The position numbers were made by a program, and so were the translations under genes. A model generated the notes under the pieces. The model saw only the letters and a program-made list of their open reading frames with translations. It did not search any database and was not told the DNA's origin. From assembly GCA_964420685.1 (NCBI GenBank), contig CAYQUI010000004.1:1-48467 (forward strand): a DNA stretch of 48,467 bases, read 5' to 3'. This DNA comes from an uncultured Lentisphaeraceae bacterium (GTDB taxonomy: Bacteria; Verrucomicrobiota; Kiritimatiellia; RFP12; UBA1067). Each line of letters starts with the position of its first letter. Positions within the stretch are counted from its first letter, which is position 1. This document shows positions 37,368 to 47,352 of the stretch, one piece after another.

Positions 37368-38135
37368 ATGATGAAACGCAAATACAAGGTCATTCTCGCC
37401 TACGACGGCACGGGATTCGCCGGCTGGCAGTATCAGGAGAACGCGCGCGGCATCCAGCAGGTCGTCGAAGAGGCCCTGGCCTATCTGGAGGGCGCGCCCG
37501 TGCGCATCTTCGGCTCCTCACGGACGGATGCGGGCGTTCACGCCCGTGGGTTCGTCGGGCATTTCCATCTCACGAAGCCGATTCCGCCGGCGAATCTCGT
37601 GCGGGCGATGAACGCGCGTCTGCCGGAGGCGGTGCGCGTCCTCAAGGCGGCCTACGCGCGGGAGGACTTCGATGCGCGACTTTCGGCGAAGGGCAAGGAA
37701 TATCGCTACCAGCTTTACCAGGCGGACATCCTGCCGCCGCATCTTGCGCCCTACTGGACGTTCTGCCACCGTCCGCTCGACGTGGAGGCGATGCGGACGG
37801 CGGCGCGGCACTTCGTCGGCAAGCATGATTTTCTTTCCTTTGCCGCCAATCCGAATCGCGTCCTTGAGACGACGGTTCGCCGCATCTTTTCCTTTGAGGT
37901 GAAACGGGTCGGGCCACGCTACACGTTCATTGTGCGTGGCGACGGGTTCCTCTACAAGCAGGTGCGCTCGATGGTCGGCTTCCTCATTTCCGTCGGAAAG
38001 GGGAACGAGCGGCCCGAAGCCGTGCGCGAACTGCTCGCGACGCATCCGCCGCGCACGGCCCGCGTCGAGACGGCCCCGGCGCGTGGCCTTTCCCTCTGGA
38101 AGGTCTTCTATGCCCCGTGCGCCAAGATGGTTTAG
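37368..38135 (+). CDS. truA: tRNA pseudouridine(38-40) synthase
   Basis: YKVILAYDGTGFAGWQYQ and SSRTDAGVHA (catalytic Asp) motifs. ATG 37368 or 37371. Confidence 0.92.
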   Translation: MMKRKYKVILAYDGTGFAGWQYQENARGIQQVVEEALAYLEGAPVRIFGSSRTDAGVHARGFVGHFHLTKPIPPANLVRAMNARLPEAVRVLKAAYAREDFDARLSAKGKEYRYQLYQADILPPHLAPYWTFCHRPLDVEAMRTAARHFVGKHDFLSFAANPNRVLETTVRRIFSFEVKRVGPRYTFIVRGDGFLYKQVRSMVGFLISVGKGNERPEAVRELLATHPPRTARVETAPARGLSLWKVFYAPCAKMV

Positions 38136-38209
38136 ACGGCCTCTAGGCGGCTTCGTCTGACAGATGGCTTCGTCCAGACGGATCGTCCTGCCGAATGCGC
38201 GCGGATTTT

Positions 38210-38218
38210 TGATATACT
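38210..38218 (+). promoter_or_regulatory. Extended -10 promoter element TGaTATACT upstream of rlmI
   Basis: The hexamer ends 9 nt before ATG 38227 and there is no SD. Confidence 0.5.
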
Positions 38219-38226
38219 ACACAGCT

Positions 38227-39453
38227 ATGACAAAGATTTTCCTGAAGCGCGGACGCATGCGTTCCGTCGCGCAGCGGCATCCGTGGATCTTTTCGGGGGC
38301 GATTGACGAGGCGAAGACAGGTTCCTCGGCCCTCGCGGGGCTGGATGCGGGTGCGGCGGTCGAGGTCGTCTCCGACGCGGGCGAGCCGCTGGGGTACGGC
38401 TGGTACTCGCCGCAGTCGCAGATTCGCGTGCGTCTCCTGTCGTTCGATCCGGCCGTTTTGCCGGGCGACGACGAGGCGGCGTTCGTCCGCGCGCGCGTGG
38501 GCGCGTCCGTCGGCCGTCGCGCCGCGTTCTTTGCTGACGCGGCCACGAACGCCGTCCGTCTCGTGAACGCCGAGTCGGACGGTTTGCCGGGCGTCGTCGC
38601 CGACTTCTACGCGGGCTTTGTCGTCTGCCAGTTTACGTCGGCGGGCGCCGACCGGCGCAAGGATCTGATCGCGTCCGCGCTGATGGCCTACGCCCCGTTC
38701 TGCCGAGGGGTCGCCGAGCGGCTGGACGTCGAGGCGCGCGCGAAGGAGGGACTGCCGACGGAGCCGGCGTTCCGCGTGTTGGCGGGCGAGGAGCCGCCGG
38801 CGCGGATCGAGATCGCGGAAGGGCCGTGCAAGTTCCTCGTGGACGTCCGCAAGGGCCACAAGACCGGCTTCTACCTCGACCAGCGCGACGCGCGCGCGGC
38901 GGTCGGGCCGCTCGCGAATGGCGGCGAAGTGCTGAACTGCTTTTCCTATACGGGCGGCTTCGGCCTTTTTGCGCGGGCCTGCGGCGCGGCGAAGGTGACG
39001 CAAGTCGACATTTCGGAGGATGCGCTCGCGCTCGCGAAGGAGAACGAATCGCTTGTCCACGCCTGCGGCACGGAAATGGAGTATGTCGCGGCCGACGTCT
39101 TCAAGTATCTGCGCGCGTGCCGCGATGCGGGGCGTTCGTTCGACCTCATCGTCCTCGATCCGCCGAAGTTCGCCGCGTCGAAAGGGCAGGTCATGAAGGC
39201 CGCGCGCGGCTACAAGGACATCAATCTTCTGGCGATGAAGCTCCTGAAGCCGGGCGGGACGCTTGCGACGTTCTCGTGTTCGGGCGCGATGACGACCGAC
39301 CTCTTCGACCGCGTGCTCGCCGAGGCGGCGATGGACGCGAAGCGCGACTTCCAGGTCATCGCGCGGACGCGGCAGGGCGCGGATCATCCCGTTGCGCTGG
39401 GCTTTCCGGAGGGTCTTTACCTGAAGGGCGCGATCCTGAGGTGTCTGTCGTGA
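38227..39453 (+). CDS. rlmI: PUA-domain class I SAM-dependent rRNA (cytosine-C5) methyltransferase, RlmI-like
   Basis: N-terminus MTKIFLKRGRMRSVAQRHPWIFSGAI, HKTGFYLDQR, LNCFSYTGGF and VLDPPKFA motifs. Start moved from 38164 to 38227. Confidence 0.85.
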   Translation: MTKIFLKRGRMRSVAQRHPWIFSGAIDEAKTGSSALAGLDAGAAVEVVSDAGEPLGYGWYSPQSQIRVRLLSFDPAVLPGDDEAAFVRARVGASVGRRAAFFADAATNAVRLVNAESDGLPGVVADFYAGFVVCQFTSAGADRRKDLIASALMAYAPFCRGVAERLDVEARAKEGLPTEPAFRVLAGEEPPARIEIAEGPCKFLVDVRKGHKTGFYLDQRDARAAVGPLANGGEVLNCFSYTGGFGLFARACGAAKVTQVDISEDALALAKENESLVHACGTEMEYVAADVFKYLRACRDAGRSFDLIVLDPPKFAASKGQVMKAARGYKDINLLAMKLLKPGGTLATFSCSGAMTTDLFDRVLAEAAMDAKRDFQVIARTRQGADHPVALGFPEGLYLKGAILRCLS

Positions 39454-40367
39454 CGCGGGCTGCTGCGATTCTTCTGGCGGTTGCCGGTCTCCTTCTTTCG
39501 GGTTGCCAAACGGCCGAGCCGGAGGGCGATCCGTCGCATCTGAAGGTGCTGATGATCGGCAACAACTTTTCGATTTCCTGTCTCACGCATCTGCCGAAGG
39601 TTGCGGCGGACGGCGGGCAGAAGCTTGACCTCGGCTCGCTTTACATCGGCGGCTGTTCGCTGGAGCAGCACGCGACGAATGTCGTCGCGGAACTGCGCGA
39701 CGAGAAGGCGGTGGGCGTCTACCGCTACGACCGCATCATCGACAACGGGCCTCGGCGCACCGTGCGCGACGCGCGGCTGACGGATGTCCTGAAGGGCGTC
39801 AAGTGGGACGTCATCACGATTCAGCAGGCGAGCCACCTGAGTTGGCAGCCGGCGTCGTACCGTCCGTGGGGCGACGAACTCGTGAAGGTCATCCGCGCGC
39901 GCGCGCCGCAGGCGACGATCGTCGTGCAGGAGACGTGGGGCTACACGCCGTTCGACACGCGCCTCGCGCAGTGGAAACTGACGGCGGACGAGATGTCCGC
40001 GCGCGTGGAGGCGGCTGTCGCCGGCTTTGCGAAGGCCAATGGACTCACGACGATTCACATGGGCCGCGCCGTGCGGGACTGGCGAAAGCGTCTGCCGGTC
40101 GTCTACGGGGCGCATTCCTTCGGCGGCGACGTCGTCGGCGGGCGCAGCCAGAAGCCCGAAGACCAGTTCAAACGGAATCCGGACTTGACCTGGACGGTCA
40201 ATTCGGACACGTTTCACCTGAACGAGAAGGGCGAGTACCTGCAGGCGCTCGTCTGGGCGGCGACCCTTTGGGACGCCGGCCTTGAGGGGCTTTCGCCCCA
40301 TCCGGCCTGCGTCACGGACGACGAGGCGCGGCTCATGCGCCAAATTGCGAAGGAGGTTGCGAAATGA
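39450..40367 (+). CDS. DUF4886-like (SGNH-hydrolase-like) lipoprotein
   Basis: GTG 39450 overlaps the rlmI stop (GTGA). Lipobox LLLSGC, then LKVLMIGNNFSIS...WDVITIQQASHLSW...IVVQETWGY. Confidence 0.55.
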   Translation: MTRAAAILLAVAGLLLSGCQTAEPEGDPSHLKVLMIGNNFSISCLTHLPKVAADGGQKLDLGSLYIGGCSLEQHATNVVAELRDEKAVGVYRYDRIIDNGPRRTVRDARLTDVLKGVKWDVITIQQASHLSWQPASYRPWGDELVKVIRARAPQATIVVQETWGYTPFDTRLAQWKLTADEMSARVEAAVAGFAKANGLTTIHMGRAVRDWRKRLPVVYGAHSFGGDVVGGRSQKPEDQFKRNPDLTWTVNSDTFHLNEKGEYLQALVWAATLWDAGLEGLSPHPACVTDDEARLMRQIAKEVAK

Positions 40368-41431
40368 CGATGTCCCTGTGTTCTTCCCTGCTCGTGGCGG
40401 CTCTGGAGATTGCCCTGCCCGTCTGTGAGGTCGTCGAGAAGACCGACCCCAAGGCGAGCGTCTACCCCGGGCGCGTCGTGCCGATTGCTCAGGTCGACGT
40501 CATCCCGCAGGTCTCGGGCGAGATTCGCGAGGTCTGCTTCGCGAACGGCCAGGTCGTGAAGGAGGGCGACGTCCTCTACCGAATCGACCCGATCAAGTAC
40601 GAGGCGGCCGTCAAGAACGCGGAGTCGAAGCTTCAGGAGTGCAAGGCGAACGTCCAATACGCCGAGTTGAGCTACGAGCGGCACAAGAAACTTCTGGAGA
40701 CACGCGCCGTCTCGCTGGATGCGGTCGACAACGCGCTTTCCCAGCGCGACAGCACGCGCGCGGCGCTGGAGGCGGCGCAGGCCGAGCTGATTGCGGCGCG
40801 CGACGACCTCTGCCATTGCACGATCGTCGCGCCCATCGCGGGCAAGATCGGCTCGACAGCCAAGACGAAGGGCAACTATGTGGCGGCCGGCTCGCTGACG
40901 CTCGTCACGATCGTCCAGATGGACCCGATCCGCGTGCGTTTCGCCGTCGCCAACCGCGAGCTGCTGGACATCGCCGCGTCGAACGGGCGGCGGCATCGCG
41001 AGGACGTCGAGATCGCCGTCACGCTTGCGAACGGTACGCCGTTCGCAAGCGAGGGCGCCATCGAGTACGCCGACAACCTGGCGGACGAGGCGACGGACTC
41101 GCTTGCGATCTATGCGAAGTTCGCGAACGCCGACACGCGGCTTGTGCCGGGTGGCGTCGTGGCCGTCACCCTGCGCTCGAAGGCCGGCGTGAAGCGTCCG
41201 GCGATTCCGCCGACGGCAATCCTGCAGGACACCCAAGGCCCGTATGTCTGGGTGCTGGACGCGGCCGGCGTCGCCGAACGCCGCGCCATCGCGCGCGGCG
41301 AGCTGGTCGGCGACTGGCTGTTCGTCGAGAAGGGTCTCAAGCTCGGCGAGCGCATCGTCGCGGACGGCGGACACCGCGTCAAGCGCGGCATGACGGTCAA
41401 GCCGTTTGCGGCCGGCCGCACGGACAAGTGA
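40364..41431 (+). CDS. Efflux-pump periplasmic adaptor (membrane fusion protein, HlyD/AcrA family)
   Basis: Lipoyl-like PQVSGEIREVCFANGQVVKEGDVLYRIDP, a coiled-coil hairpin, I.API.GKIG, and a beta-barrel/MP domain. The start overlaps the preceding stop (ATGA). Confidence 0.85.
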   Translation: MTMSLCSSLLVAALEIALPVCEVVEKTDPKASVYPGRVVPIAQVDVIPQVSGEIREVCFANGQVVKEGDVLYRIDPIKYEAAVKNAESKLQECKANVQYAELSYERHKKLLETRAVSLDAVDNALSQRDSTRAALEAAQAELIAARDDLCHCTIVAPIAGKIGSTAKTKGNYVAAGSLTLVTIVQMDPIRVRFAVANRELLDIAASNGRRHREDVEIAVTLANGTPFASEGAIEYADNLADEATDSLAIYAKFANADTRLVPGGVVAVTLRSKAGVKRPAIPPTAILQDTQGPYVWVLDAAGVAERRAIARGELVGDWLFVEKGLKLGERIVADGGHRVKRGMTVKPFAAGRTDK

Positions 41432-41451
41432 CTGAACGAGAAGGAAAGAGG

Positions 41452-42834
41452 ATGAACATGGACAACGAACCCTACAAGACCTATCTGACCGAAGCGGAAC
41501 TGCCGACGGCGTGGTACAACGTGCGTGCGGACATGACGAAGAAGCCCGCGCCGCTTCTCAATCCCGCGACCCTGAAGCCCGTGACGGAGGACGAACTCGC
41601 GCCCGTCTTCTGCCGGGAATGCGTCCGCCAGGAACTGGACGACACGACGGCCTACATCCCGATTCCGGAGCCGGTCCGCGCCTTCTACAAGATGTACCGG
41701 CCCTCGCCGCTCGTCCGCGCGACCTTCCTTGAAAAGGCCCTCGGCACGCCCGCGAAGATCTACTACAAGTTCGAGGGCAACAACACGTCCGGCTCGCACA
41801 AGCTCAACAGCGCGATCGCCCAGGCCTATTACGCGAAGGAGCAGGGCCTCACCGACGTCACGACGGAGACGGGCGCCGGGCAGTGGGGCACGGCCCTCTC
41901 GATGGCGAGCGCGTTCTTCGGCCTCAAGTGCCACGTCTACATGGTCAAGTGCTCCTACGAGCAGAAGCCGTTCCGCCGCGAAGTGATGCGCACGTACGGG
42001 GCGGACGTCACGCCGTCGCCGTCGCTGACGACGGACGTCGGGCGCAAGATCAACGCCGAGTTCCCCGGCACGACCGGCTCGCTCGGCTGCGCGATTTCGG
42101 AGGCGGTCGAGGCGGCGCAGAAACTGCCGAACGCGCGCTATCTCCTGGGGAGCGTCCTCAACCTGGTCTGCCTTCACCAGTCAATCATCGGACTCGAGAC
42201 GCAGGCCGCGCTGAAGAAGCTCGGCGTGAAGCCTGACGTCATCATCGGCTGCGCGGGCGGCGGCTCGAACCTGGCGGGACTGATTGCGCCGTTCGTGGGC
42301 GAGAAGCTGCGCGGCGAGGCGGACTACCGGATCGTCGCCGTCGAGCCGTCGAGCTGTCCGTCGCTGACGCGCGGCAGGTACGCCTATGACTTCTGCGACA
42401 CGGGACGCGTCTGTCCGCTCGCGAAGATGTACACGCTGGGCAGTGGCTTCATTCCGTCCGCAAGCCACGCGGGCGGTCTCCGCTACCACGGCATGAGTTC
42501 GCTTCTCTCCGAACTCTACGACCAGGGGCAGATGGAGGCGACGAGCGTCGAGCAGACGAAGGTCTTCGAGGCGGCGACGTTCTTTGCGCGCACGGAGGGG
42601 ACGCTGCCCGCGCCCGAATCCGCGCACGCGATTCGCGCGGCTATCGACGAGGCCCTTCGCTGCAAGGAGACGGGGCGCGCGGAGACGATCGTCTTCGGGC
42701 TCACCGGCACGGGCTACTTCGACATGGTCGCCTACGGCAAGTACAATGACGGCGCGATGGGCGACTACATCCCGACGGACGACGAGCTCGCGCGCGGCTT
42801 CGCGGGCCTTCCGAAGGTCGGCAATATGGTATAA
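41452..42834 (+). CDS. trpB2: TrpB2-type tryptophan synthase beta-like PLP enzyme
   Basis: N-terminus ...LPTAWYNVRADM...LLNP, IYYKFEGNNTSGSHKLNSAIAQAYYAKEQG (PLP lysine), ETGAGQWG and GCAGGGSN. These are typical of stand-alone TrpB2. Confidence 0.85.
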   Translation: MNMDNEPYKTYLTEAELPTAWYNVRADMTKKPAPLLNPATLKPVTEDELAPVFCRECVRQELDDTTAYIPIPEPVRAFYKMYRPSPLVRATFLEKALGTPAKIYYKFEGNNTSGSHKLNSAIAQAYYAKEQGLTDVTTETGAGQWGTALSMASAFFGLKCHVYMVKCSYEQKPFRREVMRTYGADVTPSPSLTTDVGRKINAEFPGTTGSLGCAISEAVEAAQKLPNARYLLGSVLNLVCLHQSIIGLETQAALKKLGVKPDVIIGCAGGGSNLAGLIAPFVGEKLRGEADYRIVAVEPSSCPSLTRGRYAYDFCDTGRVCPLAKMYTLGSGFIPSASHAGGLRYHGMSSLLSELYDQGQMEATSVEQTKVFEAATFFARTEGTLPAPESAHAIRAAIDEALRCKETGRAETIVFGLTGTGYFDMVAYGKYNDGAMGDYIPTDDELARGFAGLPKVGNMV

Positions 42835-42835
42835 T
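42827..42835 (+). promoter_or_regulatory. Extended -10 promoter element TGgTATAAT upstream of the flavodiiron gene
   Basis: It overlaps the trpB2 stop codon (ggTATAAtag). A ~23-nt leader with GAAGGAGGA precedes ATG 42865. Confidence 0.5.
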
Positions 42836-42864
42836 AGGCCTTCAATTTTCGAAGGAGGACACGC

Positions 42865-44043
42865 ATGAAGATTTCAGAAGACATTCGCTACGTCGGCGTC
42901 AACGACCACAAGGTCGACCTGTTCGAAGGGCAGTATCCCGTGCCGAACGGGATGGCCTACAATTCCTATGTCGTCCTGGACGACAAGGTCACCGTCTTCG
43001 ACACGGTCGACCAGAACTTCGGGCAGGAGTGGCTTGCCAACCTCGCGGCCGTCCTCGGCGCGCGGAAGCCCGACTACCTCGTCGTCCAGCACATGGAGCC
43101 TGACCACGCGGCGAACGTCGCGACGTTCATGTCCGCCTATCCCGACGCGAAGGTTGTCGCGTCCGCGCAGGCGTTCGGCATGATGCGGAACTTCTTCGGC
43201 ACGGACTGGAAGGAACGCCAGCTCGTCGTCAAGGAGGGCGACACGCTCGTGACGGGCCGCCACACGTTCGCGTTCGTCGCCGCGCCGATGGTTCATTGGC
43301 CCGAGGTCATCGTCACGTACGATGCGACGGACAAGGTTCTCTTCTCGGCGGATGGCTTCGGCAAGTTTGGCGCGAACGACGTCGTCGATCCCGAAGGGTG
43401 GGATTGCGAGGCGCGTCGCTACTACATCGGCATCGTCGGCAAGTACGGGCCGCAGGTGCTCGCGCTTCTCAAGAAGGCGGCGAACCTCGACATCCGCACG
43501 GTCTGCCCCCTGCACGGGCCGGTTCTCGACACGCCCGAAGCGATTGCGCACGCGATTGACCAGTACGCGACGTGGGCAGGCTACGCCGTCGAGTCGGAGG
43601 GCGTGCTGATCGCCTACACGTCGGTCTATGGGCACACCAAGGCGGCGGTTGAGCGCCTGGCCGAGATGCTTCGGGCGCGCGGCTGCCCGAAGGTCGTCGT
43701 CGCCGACCTCGCGCGCGACGAGATGTTCGAGACGATCGAGGACGCCTTCCGCTACGGCACGCTCGTCCTCGCGACGACGACGTACAACGGAGAGATCTTC
43801 CCGTTCATGCGCACGTTCATCAACCACCTCACCGAGCGCAACTACCAGAACCGCAAGGTCGCCTTCATCGAGAACGGCTCGTGGGCGCCGACGGCGGCGC
43901 GCGTCATGAAGGGGCTGTTCGAGAAGTCGAAGAACCTCTCGTTCTGCGAAAACACGGTGAAGATCCTGTCGGCGCTGAACGCGCAGTCGGAGGCTGCGCT
44001 CGCGGCATTGGCGGACGAGCTTTGCGGCGTGAACGTGAAGTGA
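42865..44043 (+). CDS. Flavodiiron protein (FprA-type A-type flavoprotein)
   Basis: Metallo-beta-lactamase-like diiron domain (NSYVV, VVQHMEPDHA) followed by a flavodoxin-like domain (LIAYTSVYGHT, TTTYNGE). Confidence 0.85.
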   Translation: MKISEDIRYVGVNDHKVDLFEGQYPVPNGMAYNSYVVLDDKVTVFDTVDQNFGQEWLANLAAVLGARKPDYLVVQHMEPDHAANVATFMSAYPDAKVVASAQAFGMMRNFFGTDWKERQLVVKEGDTLVTGRHTFAFVAAPMVHWPEVIVTYDATDKVLFSADGFGKFGANDVVDPEGWDCEARRYYIGIVGKYGPQVLALLKKAANLDIRTVCPLHGPVLDTPEAIAHAIDQYATWAGYAVESEGVLIAYTSVYGHTKAAVERLAEMLRARGCPKVVVADLARDEMFETIEDAFRYGTLVLATTTYNGEIFPFMRTFINHLTERNYQNRKVAFIENGSWAPTAARVMKGLFEKSKNLSFCENTVKILSALNAQSEAALAALADELCGVNVK

Positions 44044-44078
44044 CGCGGAAACCGAATGGAGAAGAAAGGGGATTTGTC

Positions 44079-45473
44079 ATGAAGAAACTCTTTGGCCTGG
44101 CATTGGCGCTGGTGGCGGCGACCGTTGGCGCGCGGACGTTCGAAGTGACGGCGTGGCGCGGCGAGACAGTCGCTGCGCGCGTGCCGGACTTTTGCGAACT
44201 GGGCGACGATCCGGACGGGATCGTCCTTCGTCGCGGCGTCTTGAAGGACGTCAAGTACGCGCCGGAGCCTGACAGCCTCCAGCGGCGCGAGATCTATGAC
44301 CGCGTCAAATGGGACTGCGACAAGGGCGACGGCCCGCGCGTCGTGGAGATTGCCGTCCCGGCGGACGCGAAGCCGGGCGTCTACGCCTGTGGCATGATGC
44401 GCGTGACCGTCCTCGACCGTGTGCTGCCGCCGCCGGCGGAATGGAAATATTACCTCGACCTCTGGCAGCATCCGTGGGCCGTTGCGCGTCTCGCGAAGGC
44501 CAAGCCGTTCTCGAAGGCGCACTACGCGGCCATGAAGCCCGTCTGGGAACTTCTCGCGACGGCTGGGCAGAAGACCATTACCGTGCCGATTCTCGACCTG
44601 CCGTGGGATCACCAGTGCCGCGACGCCTACCACTCGCTGGTGGCGGACGGCGATTTCCGCCTCTTCGACGAGTATGTCCAGTTCTGCCTCGACTGTGGCC
44701 TTGGGCCGGACATTTCGTGCTATTCGCTCTGTCCGTGGACGCTCGGCAAGACGATTGACGAGAACGAGCTGGAGGCGCGCTGGGGCGCGTTTCTGGATGC
44801 GTTCGCCGCGCACGTGAAGGCGAAGGGCTGGTTCGAGCACACGATCATGGCGATGGACGAGCGCGCGCCGGAGGATGTCGCCAAGGTCGCGCGCTTCGTG
44901 CGCAGGCATGCGCCGGGCATGCGGATTTCGATGGCCGGCAACCGCAAGCCGAGCGACTTCAAGGGCATCACGATCGACATCTATTCGCAAGTCCTCACCG
45001 CCGAGTGCGTGACGACGAACTTCCTTGCCGAGGCGGCCGAACGGCGCGCGAAGGGGCATGTCACGACGCATTACGTCTGCTGCTGGCCGATGGCGCCGAA
45101 CACGTTCATGGATTCGGGCGTGGGCGAGGCGTTCTGGCTGGGCGCGTCGCCGACGTTTCTCGGACTTGACGGTTTCCTGCGCTGGGCGTGGAACAGCTGG
45201 CCGCAGGATCCGATGGACGACGCAAGCTACGGCGAATGGCGTGCGGGCGACACGTTCCTCTGCTATCCGGACGGTTCGCCGTCGTGGCGGTTCCTCGAGC
45301 TCCGCAACGGCATCGTTGCGGCGGAGAAGGCGCGCATCTTGAAGGAAAAGGGCCTTTTCGCGGACGAGTTCGCACAGGTCGCCGCGCTCTATGACGTCAA
45401 GAAGGCGAATGCGAGCGCCTGCAATTTCCGCGCGATCCGCCAGAAGACGCTGAATCTCGTGAACCGCAAGTGA
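44079..45473 (+). CDS. Secreted DUF4091-like (GH123-like) putative glycoside hydrolase
   Basis: Signal peptide MKKLFGLALALVAATVGA. Then YYLDLWQHPWAVARL...AGQKTITVPIL and LRWAWNSW regions, recalled from DUF4091 proteins. Assignment is by memory only. Confidence 0.5.
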   Translation: MKKLFGLALALVAATVGARTFEVTAWRGETVAARVPDFCELGDDPDGIVLRRGVLKDVKYAPEPDSLQRREIYDRVKWDCDKGDGPRVVEIAVPADAKPGVYACGMMRVTVLDRVLPPPAEWKYYLDLWQHPWAVARLAKAKPFSKAHYAAMKPVWELLATAGQKTITVPILDLPWDHQCRDAYHSLVADGDFRLFDEYVQFCLDCGLGPDISCYSLCPWTLGKTIDENELEARWGAFLDAFAAHVKAKGWFEHTIMAMDERAPEDVAKVARFVRRHAPGMRISMAGNRKPSDFKGITIDIYSQVLTAECVTTNFLAEAAERRAKGHVTTHYVCCWPMAPNTFMDSGVGEAFWLGASPTFLGLDGFLRWAWNSWPQDPMDDASYGEWRAGDTFLCYPDGSPSWRFLELRNGIVAAEKARILKEKGLFADEFAQVAALYDVKKANASACNFRAIRQKTLNLVNRK

Positions 45474-46663
45474 ACGCCCGTCCGAGAGTTGCGCCGCATG
45501 TCGCGGCGTTGCCGAAGAGCGGCATCCGCAAGTTCTTTGACATCGTCGCCCAGTCGAAGGACGTCGTTTCCCTCGGCGTCGGGGAGCCGGACTTCGACAC
45601 GCCTTGGCACATCGCCCGCGCGGCCGTGACCTGCCTGGAGGACGGCGGGACGCACTACACCTCGAACCTCGGCACACCTGAACTCCGTCAGGCAATCGCG
45701 CGCTACCTCGCGCGCCGCTTCGGGGCGACGTTCGACTGGTCGAAGGAAATCCTCGTCACGGTGGGCGTCTCGGAGGCCATTGACCTTGCCATCCGCGCCA
45801 TCTGCTCGCCGGGCGACGAAGTGCTCTACCATGAGCCCTGCTTCGTCTCCTACGCGCCGACGATTCGCCTTGCGCATGCCGTGCCCGTCTGCGTCGAGAC
45901 GCGCGTCGAAGACGAGTTCCGCCTCACGGTCGAGGCCCTGGAACGGAAGGTGACGCCGAAGACAAAGGCGATTCTCCTCAACTTTCCGTGCAATCCGACG
46001 GGCGCCGTCCTGTCGCGGGACGATATGCGGGCGATTCTCGCGTTCGCCGAACGACATGACCTTCTGATTTTGGCTGACGAGGTCTATTCGGAACTCAACT
46101 ACGTCGAGACGGACGGAGAGCGCGGGGACGGACGACAGCTTCCGTCGTTCTCGGCCTTCCCCGAATACCGTGACCGTGTCATTCTGCTCAATGGCTTCTC
46201 GAAGTCCTGGGCGATGACGGGCTTTCGTCTCGGCTATGCCTGCGGCCCGACGGACGTCATCGACGCGATGATGAAGATTCACCAGTATGGCATCATGTCC
46301 GCGCCGACGCTCTCGCAGGCGGCGGGCGTCGAGGCCATGGATCGGGGTGACGCGGAGGTTGCGCGCATGCGCCACGAGTATCGCCGTCGCCGCGACTACC
46401 TTGTGCCGGCGCTCAATGCGATGGGGCTGACGACGGTGTTGCCGAAGGGGGCTTTCTACATTTTCGCCGACATTCGCGCAACGGGGCTTTCGGACGAGGA
46501 CTTCGCCTTTCGGCTCTTGAAGGAGTTCGGCGTCGCCGTTGTGCCGGGCAGCGCGTTCGGGCCGTGCGGCGCGGGGTTTGTGCGCATGTCGTACGCGACG
46601 TCGCTCGAGAAGATTTATCTGGCCGTCGCGCGTATGCAGAAGATGCTGGGCAAGGCGCGATGA
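45470..46663 (+). CDS. Class I/II PLP-dependent aminotransferase (aspartate/aromatic-type)
   Basis: LGVGEPDF, NFPCNPTG and FSKSWAMTGFRLGY (PLP lysine). GTG 45470 overlaps the preceding stop. Confidence 0.85.
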   Translation: MNARPRVAPHVAALPKSGIRKFFDIVAQSKDVVSLGVGEPDFDTPWHIARAAVTCLEDGGTHYTSNLGTPELRQAIARYLARRFGATFDWSKEILVTVGVSEAIDLAIRAICSPGDEVLYHEPCFVSYAPTIRLAHAVPVCVETRVEDEFRLTVEALERKVTPKTKAILLNFPCNPTGAVLSRDDMRAILAFAERHDLLILADEVYSELNYVETDGERGDGRQLPSFSAFPEYRDRVILLNGFSKSWAMTGFRLGYACGPTDVIDAMMKIHQYGIMSAPTLSQAAGVEAMDRGDAEVARMRHEYRRRRDYLVPALNAMGLTTVLPKGAFYIFADIRATGLSDEDFAFRLLKEFGVAVVPGSAFGPCGAGFVRMSYATSLEKIYLAVARMQKMLGKAR

Positions 46664-47352
46664 AGTCGAAGTTCCTGCCGTTCGAGATCCTGTACGAAGA
46701 TCGCGACCTGATCGTGATCGACAAGCCGGCGGGTCTCCTGACAACGCACACGAAACTTGTCGGGCGCGTCGCGCGCGAGACGCAGTCGACGGCGGAGAAC
46801 TATCTCAATGCCTATGTTCGGAAAGGGCAGGCGCGCAGTTCCAAGCGGGTTTTCCTCGTCCATCGATTGGATCGCGAGACACGCGGCGTCCTCCTGTTCG
46901 TGAAGGACGCGAGGTTGGCGGACGCGATTCGCGACCGCTGGAACGAACTGACCGAGAAGACGTACCTCGCGCGCGTCGAGGGCGTTTTGCCCGAGGCGTC
47001 CGGCGTCTTCGAATCGTATCTGCGCGATGACCCGAAGACGATGAAGGTCTCAAGCGTCTCTGATCCGAAGCTTGGCAAGTTGGCGCGGACGGAATGGAAA
47101 CGGCTTTCGGTCGAGAAGGGGACGACGCGCGTTGAAGTGGCCCTCAAGTCTGGCCGCAAGAACCAGATTCGCGTCCATTTCAGCGAGGCGGGGCATCCGA
47201 TCGTCGGCGATGTCAAATACGGGGCACAAAAAGCGGACGGCCTTCATCTGCGCGCCGTCCGCCTTGTCTTCACGCACCCTCTGACCGGGCGGAAGTTTGA
47301 CTTTCGTCTCAGTCGGGAATGCCCCAGTCCAAGCTCGTCTCGCCGCTCTTGA
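46660..47352 (+). CDS. RluA-family pseudouridine synthase
   Basis: LYEDRDLIVIDKPAGLL, VHRLDRETRGVLLF (catalytic Asp) and GRKNQIRVH. The ATG overlaps the preceding stop (ATGA). Confidence 0.85.
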   Translation: MKSKFLPFEILYEDRDLIVIDKPAGLLTTHTKLVGRVARETQSTAENYLNAYVRKGQARSSKRVFLVHRLDRETRGVLLFVKDARLADAIRDRWNELTEKTYLARVEGVLPEASGVFESYLRDDPKTMKVSSVSDPKLGKLARTEWKRLSVEKGTTRVEVALKSGRKNQIRVHFSEAGHPIVGDVKYGAQKADGLHLRAVRLVFTHPLTGRKFDFRLSRECPSPSSSRRS

